This document shows positions 38,409 through 45,904 of a stretch of DNA of 64,000 nt, one piece after another. Position numbers and translations under genes: made by a program. This DNA is from an uncultured Candidatus Saccharibacteria bacterium. Its GTDB lineage: Bacteria > Patescibacteriota > Minisyncoccia > UBA6257 > GWB1-50-10. How positions within the stretch are numbered: the stretch's first letter is position 1; each line of letters starts with the position of its first letter. The stretch covers positions 18,607-82,606 of the forward strand of contig CAYISA010000001.1 in the NCBI GenBank assembly GCA_964365955.1, read 5' to 3'. Below the pieces are notes generated by a model. The model was not told the DNA's origin. It did no database searches and worked only from the letters and a program-made list of their open reading frames with translations.

Positions 38409-39089
38409 GTGAAATATCTTGTTTGGATGTCGATATTTTTTGTATTTTCCCCTTCGGTTGCTTCTGCACAGTCACCTACAATCATCGCAAAAAGCTTCTA
38501 CGCAATCGAGATTAATTATTCCGATCCCGTCTCATGGTTCGGGGGATCGGTTCTGGGATTTGCACCTAAACAAGCGCTCTATCATGAAACATGGAAACCG
38601 GGTAAAGCGCCGGGTTATGCCTTTCGAGTGGAGTTGATTGCGGACGGAAAAGAACGATGGTTCCTGGTAGATCAGGATTCCTCCGTTCAATCTTTTGTCC
38701 ACCTGCCACGCGCCGACCTGAAAAATCTTGGAAAAGACGCGATATTGCTGGTGGGGCAAATCCTTCACTTTCTGAACTGTACAGACGCCTGCTCTACAAC
38801 ACTTCAGGGGATCCTCCATATCGATACATCGGAAATTGTTTCAAAATTCCGCGATCGTAAACCATTCGAAATTCCCGATTCCGAAAAAATTCAACTCCGC
38901 GGGACGCACTCACGATTTGTGACTGTAACCACGCGAAACGTAAACACTAGAGATCCCTATATCGCGGGAGATATCTTGATTGAGCGCGTGAATGGTTACA
39001 CTATCTACCCATATGTTTCGGTTTATCTTTTTGACCAAAAAATATGGATAACACTCTACCTAAGAAAATTTTTGGTAGAATATCAGTAA
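38409..39089 (+). CDS. Hypothetical secreted protein
   Basis: GTG start and signal peptide MKYLVWMSIFFVFSPSVASA. No family recognised. Confidence 0.5.
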   Translation: MKYLVWMSIFFVFSPSVASAQSPTIIAKSFYAIEINYSDPVSWFGGSVLGFAPKQALYHETWKPGKAPGYAFRVELIADGKERWFLVDQDSSVQSFVHLPRADLKNLGKDAILLVGQILHFLNCTDACSTTLQGILHIDTSEIVSKFRDRKPFEIPDSEKIQLRGTHSRFVTVTTRNVNTRDPYIAGDILIERVNGYTIYPYVSVYLFDQKIWITLYLRKFLVEYQ

Positions 39090-39120
39090 AACCCCCCGAA
39101 TAATCCGAGGGGTTTTTATT
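39088..39120. terminator. Bidirectional terminator hairpin
   Basis: AAAACCCCCCG...CGAGGGGTTTTT between convergent genes. Confidence 0.5.
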
Positions 39121-39131
39121 TCTTTTTCGAT

Positions 39132-41138
39132 TTATCGGAACTCTACCTTGAACTCCGTTTTTAATAGTTTCTTTATTTTTTCTATTTGTTTATCCACTTC
39201 TTCTGCAGTCAACGTCCGATTGTCTTGTTGGAACACGATTCGGAACGTAAGACTTTCTTTATCCGTCCATTTGGGATCGCTGTACTCATCCACAAGATCC
39301 ACGTCGCGGATCATGCGCATATTGGCAAGCTGGATCGCCTGCATCACGTCTCCTACCGAATACATAGTGTTTAGAAGGATAGAAATATCGCGCATCACCG
39401 CCGGATAACGGGAAGGCGGCAGATACTCCATTTCCTCGGCTACCGCTTCTTTCAATACATCGAGTTGGATTTCCACGATCGCCGTATGCCAGCCTTTCGC
39501 CGTTGTCAAAGCAGTCCCCATAACACCGATTTCTTTTGCACCCAAACGAAGTGTGACAACAGAAGATTTGTCCATCCAGTATTTTCCGACATGGGCCGGC
39601 TTTCCTTTCTTGTCGAAAAGAACGGAGTCGGTAATGCCCGTACTTTTCAAAAAACTTTGAAGAACGCCTTTTAAGTTGAAAAATGATTCCTTGCCTTTGG
39701 TTGCAAACACCATGCCCAGCATCCATTGCTCCACAATACCTTTTGTATTTCGCAAAAAGGTCTTCCCAACCTCGAAAATAGTCACCGTATCCCCAAACTT
39801 TGCATTCGATTCGGCACTTGCAAGCAGATTTGGCGCGAGTGCAGGGCGAAGATAATAAAATTCTTTACTGATCGGATTTTCCAAAGACACTAAAATCGCT
39901 TTTTCCACCATTATCTCGGCCTCTTTCGCAATAAAGGAATTGCCGTATATCTCGTTCAAACCCAATTCCGAAAGAATTTTTCGCGTTTTTTCTTTAAGAA
40001 CAATAGTTTCATCTTGTGCTGCCGCGCCCAAATGAATACGGGGCGGAACGGATTTTAAATTCCCCAATCCGTAAAGCCGCACCACTTCTTCTGCTATGTC
40101 TTCGTGGGTTTCAATGTCAGTTCGATAAAGTGGAACTTTCCACACATCCTTCCCTTTGTTTATAAATCCAAGACGCCGTAGATATCCTGCCGCCACCTCA
40201 TTAGAAAGAGAGGTCCCGATAAATGCGTTGAATTTAAGAATATCGAACCTAAGCTCGTGCTTGGGGGCCGGTTTCTTTTGCGAATCATATACTTCAAGAA
40301 TCTTTGCGCCTGTGATTTCTTGGATCACGTAAGCGGCACGCGAAAGTCCTAATTCTGCAAGGTTTTCGCTTAACCGATGTGAAAACCTCTGTGACGCATC
40401 AGTTACCAACTTCAACATTTTTGACGTTCTATAAATACTCACGGGATCAAATGTGGCGGACTCAATAACAATGCGCTTTGTGGCTGCAGTCACCTCCGGG
40501 CCATGTCCCCCTTTGATTCCAGCAATTGCGATCGAATGCTTGGCATCCGCAATCACCACCGTCTCGGGCGCAAGATCATATTTCACCCCATCAATCGTAA
40601 TTATGGATTCTCCCTTCTTCTTCGCGCGCCGCACAATAATTTTTGCGCCCTCTAATTTATCCGCATCAAACGCATGAAGCGGCTGGCCCATCTCGAGCAT
40701 TACATAATTCATTGCATCAACGATGTTATTAATGGGACGAAGCCCGCACTCTTTGAGTGTTTCCTGCATCCACCGCGGAGATGATTTTACAGTGACCTCA
40801 TCCATCACACACGCGGTGTATCGAGTACAAAGTTGTGGCTCATCTATATTTATGTTCAATTGTGGTTTACAATTTCTAGAGGGTTTTGCAAAATCCACAA
40901 CCGGCAATTTCTTCATTCCGCCCCAGTCGACAATCCAGTCAAAAATCACCGCGACTTCTTTGGCAATGCCCCAATGTGATGAGGCATCGGCATATCGATT
41001 CGGGGGAAGATTCACCTCGAATGTGTTCCCGGAAGCATCTTCCGCTTCAAACGCGTGTAAGGACAGCGCCTCGACGACCTGCGCTTTGGATTTCAGCTTG
41101 GGAACGAATTGTTTCACAAGGGAGTACGAAAATTTCAT
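39132..41138 (-). CDS. pheT: Phenylalanyl-tRNA synthetase beta subunit (short form, 668 aa)
   Basis: B3/4, B5 and FDX-ACB-like regions are recognisable. Lies immediately downstream of pheS. Confidence 0.88.
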   Translation of the reverse strand: MKFSYSLVKQFVPKLKSKAQVVEALSLHAFEAEDASGNTFEVNLPPNRYADASSHWGIAKEVAVIFDWIVDWGGMKKLPVVDFAKPSRNCKPQLNINIDEPQLCTRYTACVMDEVTVKSSPRWMQETLKECGLRPINNIVDAMNYVMLEMGQPLHAFDADKLEGAKIIVRRAKKKGESIITIDGVKYDLAPETVVIADAKHSIAIAGIKGGHGPEVTAATKRIVIESATFDPVSIYRTSKMLKLVTDASQRFSHRLSENLAELGLSRAAYVIQEITGAKILEVYDSQKKPAPKHELRFDILKFNAFIGTSLSNEVAAGYLRRLGFINKGKDVWKVPLYRTDIETHEDIAEEVVRLYGLGNLKSVPPRIHLGAAAQDETIVLKEKTRKILSELGLNEIYGNSFIAKEAEIMVEKAILVSLENPISKEFYYLRPALAPNLLASAESNAKFGDTVTIFEVGKTFLRNTKGIVEQWMLGMVFATKGKESFFNLKGVLQSFLKSTGITDSVLFDKKGKPAHVGKYWMDKSSVVTLRLGAKEIGVMGTALTTAKGWHTAIVEIQLDVLKEAVAEEMEYLPPSRYPAVMRDISILLNTMYSVGDVMQAIQLANMRMIRDVDLVDEYSDPKWTDKESLTFRIVFQQDNRTLTAEEVDKQIEKIKKLLKTEFKVEFR

Positions 41139-41141
41139 AAA

Positions 41142-42140
41142 TCAGAATTGTTCGATAAACCTTATGTCACCCGAATAAAACAGCCGAATGTCGGGGATGT
41201 TATATTTGATCATCGCGAGTCGATCGAGCCCCATACCGAACGCGAACCCTTGCACTCCACCGGCTGACGAATCGGGGTTATAACGCACCGCATCAAAAAC
41301 ATTTCGATGTACCATCCCCGCGCCCATGACTTCCAGCCATTTTCCACCTTTCAACCGAATATCAACTTCCAATCCCGGCTCGACGAAGGGAAAATAACTT
41401 GGTCGGAAACGAAAATCGATTTGAGTACGGAAAAACTTTTTGAAAAATTCCTCGATAATGAATTTAAAATTGGCGAGCGTCACATCCGGTCCCACCATCA
41501 GCCCTTCGACCTGATAAAAATTGAACGCGTGGGAAGCATCGGTTGCTTCATAACGGAATACCCGTCCCGGAACAATAATCTGAAACGGGGGGTTGTGCGC
41601 CTGCATATAACGAATCTGCATGGGCGACGTGTGCGTGCGTAACAACAAACTTTCCTCGCCGCGTTTTTCCTTTTTTATCCAGAACGTATCCCACAGGTCC
41701 CGCGCGGGATGATCGCCCGGAATATTCAGCGCATCAAAATTATAGAATTCCGATTCGATTTCCGGTCCTTCCACAACGGAAAAGTTCATCGAGGAAAAAA
41801 TGCGACGCACTTCGGCGTCCACCAGCGTAAGAGGATGGAGATGCCCCCGGGAAATTCGCTTCCCCGGTTTTGTGACGTCGATTCTTTTTTTACTTTTTAT
41901 CTCCGAAAGATGCGTAAGCGCAACAGCGATTTTCTTTTCCAGTTCTTGACGCAGGGCATTTGCGCGCGGACCCAATTTCCGCCGCCCTTCCACCGGAAGG
42001 CCCTTGAGAGATTTGAGTATTTCCGTAAGTTCTCCTTTGCGGCCGATGTATTTTATGCGCGCAAGTTCGAGCGCCACCGCGTCCCGTGCTTTTTCTATAT
42101 CGCCCCAGGCACGTTTTTTAATATCCTCAAGCGGTTCCAT
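41142..42140 (-). CDS. pheS: Phenylalanyl-tRNA synthetase alpha subunit
   Basis: Class II motifs: HPARDLWDTFW, FRPSYFPFVEPG and GFAFGMGLDRLAM. Confidence 0.92.
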   Translation of the reverse strand: MEPLEDIKKRAWGDIEKARDAVALELARIKYIGRKGELTEILKSLKGLPVEGRRKLGPRANALRQELEKKIAVALTHLSEIKSKKRIDVTKPGKRISRGHLHPLTLVDAEVRRIFSSMNFSVVEGPEIESEFYNFDALNIPGDHPARDLWDTFWIKKEKRGEESLLLRTHTSPMQIRYMQAHNPPFQIIVPGRVFRYEATDASHAFNFYQVEGLMVGPDVTLANFKFIIEEFFKKFFRTQIDFRFRPSYFPFVEPGLEVDIRLKGGKWLEVMGAGMVHRNVFDAVRYNPDSSAGGVQGFAFGMGLDRLAMIKYNIPDIRLFYSGDIRFIEQF

Positions 42141-42188
42141 GGTTTATATATCTATTATATCCGAATTTTCTCCGAGAGAAAAACGGAT

Positions 42189-42216
42189 TTGAATTTCAAG
42201 GTATTCTTAGTATATG
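42189..42216 (+). promoter_or_regulatory. Possible promoter for the tRNA pair (TTGAAT-16 nt-TATATG)
   Basis: The -10 element ends 8 nt before the first tRNA nucleotide. Confidence 0.3.
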
Positions 42217-42223
42217 ATGGTTC

Positions 42224-42295
42224 TGCGGGGAAGAGTAACGGTTGCTCGTCAGGCTCATAACCTGAAGGTAGTGGGTTCAATTCCCACCCCCGCAA
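42224..42295 (+). tRNA. tRNA-Met (anticodon CAT), initiator-like
   Basis: Closely parallels E. coli tRNA-fMet as I recall it (xGCGGGG...GCTCGTCxGGCTCATAACCxGAAGGT...CCCCCGCAA). A11:U24 is present. It has U1:A72 and A8, and only two G:C pairs at 29-31/39-41. Confidence 0.7.
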
Positions 42296-42299
42296 CACA

Positions 42300-42411
42300 G
42301 GTGGGAATTGAAGTCGACCCGAGCGCTTGCGGGGCAAGAAAAAGTGAGGGCGACGGGTTTCGAAGGAGTCCCGCCGAAGCGGACGGGGGAGAAAAATTCC
42401 CACCCCCGCGA
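42300..42411 (+). ncRNA. tRNA-linked conserved structured element, copy E1 (unassigned family)
   Basis: The 5' arm GGTGGGAATT pairs with the 3' arm AATTCCCACC (10 bp). The core carries the conserved blocks shared with E2 and E3. It ends in CCCAC-CCCCGCG-A, a 1-mismatch copy of the upstream tRNA 3' strand. A 34-nt repeat at 42279-42312 and 42395-42428 flanks the core. Confidence 0.5.
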
Positions 42412-42433
42412 CACAGGTGGGAATTGAAATATT

Positions 42434-42506
42434 GCCGGCGTAGCTCAGTGGTTAGAGCGAGCGCTTCATAAGCGTTAGGTCGGAGGTTCGATCCCTCCCG
42501 TCGGCA
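42434..42506 (+). tRNA. tRNA with anticodon CAT (elongator Met or Ile2; not distinguishable by eye)
   Basis: Acceptor GCCGGCG/CGTCGGC, TAGCTCAGTGGTTAGAGC, anticodon loop TTCATAA, T-arm GGAGG-TTCGATC-CCTCC. No CCA. Confidence 0.8.
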
Positions 42507-42510
42507 CTAA

Positions 42511-42540
42511 AAGCCCCGCCAATTGGCGGGGTTTGGGTTT
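42511..42540. terminator. Rho-independent terminator
   Basis: GCCCCGCC-AATT-GGCGGGGT followed by a T-rich tail. Confidence 0.55.
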
Positions 42541-42740
42541 CACATATAGATAACATCACCGCAGGAAATAACGCGTCCTTTTTTTGATCCCGATACAACA
42601 CGCCAAATCGGACACCGTGACGGGCAGTTATCGCGTCCAATCATTTCTACTTCATACTTACCTTCATTTCGGACAAAAATCTTTATGGCCTCTCCTATGA
42701 CAAATTTGGAAGTGTCCACCCTACATTGCCTCTGTCCCAT
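42540..42740 (-). CDS. Hypothetical small protein (66 aa)
   Basis: ORF only. No recognisable family. Ends at the shared terminator. Confidence 0.3.
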   Translation of the reverse strand: MGQRQCRVDTSKFVIGEAIKIFVRNEGKYEVEMIGRDNCPSRCPIWRVVSGSKKGRVISCGDVIYM

Positions 42741-42838
42741 GAATCTCTCCTTTCTTAATAATGAATTGATGCTGTAGCTAAGTATCCTCTATTCGTGTTT
42801 TTCGGTCAAGAACCTGTCGCGTTTACCGCGCTTTTGAT

Positions 42839-43297
42839 ATGCTTATTCCCATGACTACGGAACAAAAGAAAAAAATCGTATCCGTTGCTCGCGCGCTTGT
42901 CGGTAAGTCATACGTGTACGGCGCCGCGCCGGAAAATGTTCCAAACGCATTCGATTGCTCATCGTTTACGCAATATGTTTTCGGGCAGATAGGAATCCAA
43001 CTTCCACGCAGTGCTATCCTGCAAGCCGCCGACCCTAACGGAAAAGAAGTCGAAATTTTTCCGGACTTCCAGAATCTTGAAATCGGCGATCTACTTTTCA
43101 TGCGTAGCGACCGCGGACATTACCACGACCAGTTATTCAACGGAAAAACAATGGATATCGGACATGTCGTTCTTTATCTGGGGGGCGGAGCAATCATCCA
43201 TTCACAAAGCAAAAAAGGTGGGGTCGTCGAAGAACCCTTGAAAGAGTTCGCGCTGCAGCCGCACTATTCGGTTGTTTATATCAAGCGTTTTGAATGA
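42839..43297 (+). CDS. NlpC/P60 (C40) family cysteine peptidase, no signal peptide
   Basis: Catalytic Cys context AFDCSSFTQYVF and His context GHVVLYLGGGAIIHS. Confidence 0.85.
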   Translation: MLIPMTTEQKKKIVSVARALVGKSYVYGAAPENVPNAFDCSSFTQYVFGQIGIQLPRSAILQAADPNGKEVEIFPDFQNLEIGDLLFMRSDRGHYHDQLFNGKTMDIGHVVLYLGGGAIIHSQSKKGGVVEEPLKEFALQPHYSVVYIKRFE

Positions 43298-43815
43298 CCT
43301 ACTCGATTCCCGCTTACTCCCAACACCTGGATATTAAAGACAAAAAGTGGCGCCGCCGCTCCTGCGGAGTTGTCGCTTTCAAAATGGTACTGGATTTCTG
43401 GGAAAAACAAACATCCCCAACATTCCCAGAACTCTTGAAAAACGGACAGAAGATGAAAGCATACATTCGGGGCGTCGGGTGGAGCCATGCTGGTATTGCC
43501 AAACTTGCAAAAAAATACGGTTTTGCAGGAAAAAATTTTGATTGGTTCCTGAAAAAATCCGAATGGGCGTTCAAAAAAACCCGAATTTTTCTAAAAACCG
43601 GCCCCGTGATTGTATCGATCCATAAAGATCTGAATCCAAAGAAATCGGGGCATCTGGTGGTGGTTACTCGTATCACCGCGAGCCGCGTTTACTACCTGGA
43701 TCCCGACGCTTACGCGCGCGACAACATACGGCGCGTGGCTTCAAAAAAACGTTTTCTCGCGGGATGGAAGCGGCGCATGATCATTGTCCGCCCCCGCGGG
43801 TTGCATAGAAAATAA
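43294..43815 (+). CDS. Peptidase C39-like (papain-fold) protein, no signal peptide
   Basis: RSCGVVAFKMVLDFW (Cys) and GHLVVVTRI..YYLDP (His/Asp). ATGA overlap with the upstream gene. Confidence 0.65.
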   Translation: MTYSIPAYSQHLDIKDKKWRRRSCGVVAFKMVLDFWEKQTSPTFPELLKNGQKMKAYIRGVGWSHAGIAKLAKKYGFAGKNFDWFLKKSEWAFKKTRIFLKTGPVIVSIHKDLNPKKSGHLVVVTRITASRVYYLDPDAYARDNIRRVASKKRFLAGWKRRMIIVRPRGLHRK

Positions 43816-43841
43816 GGAATTGTTAAAGTGTAGTTGCTGTT

Positions 43842-43917
43842 GCGGGCGTGGTGTAGCCTGGTTTAACACGCCTCCCTGTCACGGAGGAGACCGTGGGTTC
43901 AAATCCCATCGCCCGCG
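43842..43917 (+). tRNA. tRNA-Asp (anticodon GTC)
   Basis: Acceptor GCGGGCG/CGCCCGC, discriminator G, anticodon arm CCTCC-CTGTCAC-GGAGG, T-arm GTGGG-TTCAAAT-CCCAT. No CCA. Confidence 0.85.
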
Positions 43918-43930
43918 CACGTGAAAAGAA
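43911..43930 (+). repeat. Direct repeat, left copy (tRNA-Asp acceptor 3' end plus trailer): GCCCGCGCACGTGAAAAGAA
   Basis: 19 of 20 nt identical to 47967-47986. Confidence 0.85.
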
Positions 43931-43959
43931 GTTACCCCTTGTGGGTAATTTCTTTTTAT
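43924..43959 (+). terminator. Terminator-like hairpin after tRNA-Asp
   Basis: 14-bp stem (AAAAGAAGTTACCC / GGGTAATTTCTTTT) with a 5-nt loop and a T-rich 3' side. Confidence 0.5.
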
Positions 43960-43963
43960 CCAC

Positions 43964-44071
43964 AATGGGATTTGAAGGGAACTCGCGCGCTCGCGAGCGA
44001 GATAAAACGCGAGTCCCTGGTTTCGGAGGAGGCGCAAATGCGGCGGGGGAGAAAAAATCCCATCGCCTGCG
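43964..44071 (+). ncRNA. tRNA-linked conserved structured element, copy E2 (unassigned family)
   Basis: The 5' arm ATGGGATTT pairs with the 3' arm AAATCCCAT. Contains hairpin CTCGCG-CGCT-CGCGAG and the blocks GGTTTCGGAGGAG and CGGGGGAGAAAAAA. Ends in CCCAT-CGCCTGC-G, a 1-mismatch copy of the tRNA-Asp 3' strand. Ends 9 nt before the RT stop codon. Confidence 0.5.
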
Positions 44072-44079
44072 CTGACAAA

Positions 44080-45144
44080 TTAGAAAATTACTTCTTTAAG
44101 TTTGTGCGTATCCCCGTGCTGCAATAACCCACGATAGGAGTTGATCGTCTCACGGCGCGGATATCCTTTCAGATTTCGCACTATCCTCCGTTTCGTGATG
44201 GTGCGAATCTGCCGATGATGCGGGAAATGAATCCATCCGAGAAAATCGACCCCGGAGGCATAAGACTCAATGGAAACTTTCTTCTCGTGTAACGAGAGGC
44301 GAAGGTGATCATGGAGGAATGCCCGAATCTTGAGTAATAACACCACGAGATAATCCTTGTTATCCGATAGGATCAGAAAATCATCGGCATAGCGAATATA
44401 ATATTTCCCCTTCAATTCCTGTTTTATAAACATATCAAATTCATGCATATAAATGTTTGCGAGGAGCTGGGATGTGAGATTCCCCAAGGGAAGTCCAAGG
44501 CCAGACCGCACCATATGAAAGCTTGAAATGACTTGTCCTAAGAGCCAAAGAATATCTCGATCTCCTATATTTCGTTCAATGATACGGGTCAAAATTTTTT
44601 GATCCACGCTTGCAAAGAATCTCTTAATATCACACTTTAGGACGTAGCAGGTGCGCGTATTATTCTTTGATACTTTGCGGGCAAATGAGTCGAAGCGTTC
44701 CAGAGCCTTATGAATCCCCTTGTCTTCTCGGCAGGCACAGGAATCGTAGATGAATCGCTCTTCAAAATAAGGATAGAGAGCCCGATAAAGTACGTGATGG
44801 AGAAAGCGGTCCCGCACAGAAGCCTTATGAATAGTCCGTCGTTTCGGGTCCGAGACGTGGAATTCGGAATAGGGTCCATGAACATATGTTTTGTAAAGAA
44901 GGTCTCGGTGAAGCGACACAAGATTGTCTGAGAGGCATGCCTCGAATCCCGCCACATCCTTTTTGTGTCGTTTACCGCAGAGAAACCGTTCCCACGTTGC
45001 AAGGAGATTTTCTATGGTTATGATATCTTGGTAAGTATGAATAATCGTAGTAATAGTGCTGTACCCCCCCGCACAAGGGAAACTCCGCTTGTACTTTTGA
45101 AGGTAAAAGAAACATACCGAACGTGGCATACCCACCTCGCGCAT
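44080..45144 (-). CDS. Diversity-generating retroelement reverse transcriptase
   Basis: RT motifs are present, including the DGR-typical LPLGNLTSQLLANIYM (xGxxxSQ) and YIRYADDFLIL. The N-terminus IENLLATWERFLCGKRHKKDV parallels Bordetella Brt WENLLDAYRK. Alternative start at ATG 45129. Confidence 0.9.
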   Translation of the reverse strand: MREVGMPRSVCFFYLQKYKRSFPCAGGYSTITTIIHTYQDIITIENLLATWERFLCGKRHKKDVAGFEACLSDNLVSLHRDLLYKTYVHGPYSEFHVSDPKRRTIHKASVRDRFLHHVLYRALYPYFEERFIYDSCACREDKGIHKALERFDSFARKVSKNNTRTCYVLKCDIKRFFASVDQKILTRIIERNIGDRDILWLLGQVISSFHMVRSGLGLPLGNLTSQLLANIYMHEFDMFIKQELKGKYYIRYADDFLILSDNKDYLVVLLLKIRAFLHDHLRLSLHEKKVSIESYASGVDFLGWIHFPHHRQIRTITKRRIVRNLKGYPRRETINSYRGLLQHGDTHKLKEVIF

Positions 45145-45435
45145 ATTTCTCGCATTGATCGGAATACGATAGGAATTCGTATTGACGAGACGTTCCTTTC
45201 TCTCTTGGAGCTTACGTTCCGAGCGTGTTTTGCGGCGGATAAATTTGAGAAGCTATCCATGGTGTCAAATGCTATTGCGAAATCTGACATCCTCAAATTC
45301 TTCCTGCAACTTGCATGGGAGGGAAAGACACTGGATCACGCGCTCTACGGAAAACTGCTTCTCGATTTAGATGAAATCGGCCGGATGCTCGGAGGGTGGA
45401 AACGAACCTTGTCTAGCAAAACTCCCGCGAAATAG
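45037..45435 (+). CDS. avd: Avd-like four-helix-bundle accessory protein
   Basis: ETYRTWHTHLAHISRIDRNTIGIRIDETFLSLLELTFRA...LDEIGRMLGGWKRTL matches the four-helix-bundle / S23-IVS family used as the DGR accessory variability determinant. Start uncertain (ATG 45037 or TTG 45097; the listed ORF starts at 44965). Confidence 0.75.
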   Translation: MNNRSNSAVPPRTRETPLVLLKVKETYRTWHTHLAHISRIDRNTIGIRIDETFLSLLELTFRACFAADKFEKLSMVSNAIAKSDILKFFLQLAWEGKTLDHALYGKLLLDLDEIGRMLGGWKRTLSSKTPAK

Positions 45436-45455
45436 CGGGAGAAATCATATGCGTA

Positions 45456-45574
45456 GCAGAAACAGAGCACGCAGTTGTCAGAATTCCAGTCATTCTCGAA
45501 GTTGCCGAGGTTGAACTTGTAGTCACCGTCCGAGTTGCGGTTCACGTTCGGCACCCTGTGGTTACCGTCGGCGT
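45456..45574 (-). repeat. DGR template repeat (TR)
   Basis: 119 bp homologous to both VRs. In coding sense it encodes DGNHRVPNVNRNSDGDYKFNLGNFENDWNSDNCVLCFC, with nine Asn (AAC/AAT) codons. Every internal difference from the VRs is at a TR adenine (T on the + strand). Confidence 0.9.
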
Positions 45575-45904
45575 GTCGTCATGGTATATACGACGCATCA
45601 TCCAGTCCACCGGAGAGAACGCCTGTCCTCCCCTGCATTTCATTCGGAGTCTTTGAATACTCCCGAATGCATCGTACCGACGGATATGATTTTTTCATGA
45701 GGGATGGCGCGCGCGCATAAGGCGTACCCGATGCGTTCCTGGCCTATTTTCGCTCACGGGAATTCGATGACATGAAGCCGTAACCGCATGTTCGAATCCA
45801 ATTCCGTCGTTAGTATATATAAAAACCCCCTCGTTTGCACGAGAGGGTCGAATCTAAGGAACTAATCGGACAAGAACTTATCCAATCGTCCGAGTGTCTG
45901 AGTA

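Noticed and set aside
42155-42471. ORFs 42155-42403 (-) and 42214-42471 (+)
   Set aside because: They overlap two tRNA genes and element E1. They are spurious read-throughs of structured RNA sequence.
43893-44127. ORFs 43893-44075 (+) and 43921-44127 (+)
   Set aside because: They overlap the tRNA-Asp 3' end, its hairpin and element E2. There is no coding signal.
44080-45144. The RT could be a group II intron maturase or a retron RT
   Set aside because: There is no intron domain V/VI-like structure, X/En domains or msr/msd-type repeats nearby. A TR, two VRs with A-only mismatches, an Avd homolog and the GxxxSQ motif all point to a DGR.
45345-45554. 69-aa minus-strand ORF (MPNVNRNSDGDYKFNLGNFENDWNSDNCVLCFC...)
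   Set aside because: This is the DGR template repeat read as protein. It has no N-terminal domain, and it diverges from the targets exactly where IMH-like sequence is replaced. It is called as the TR, not a gene.
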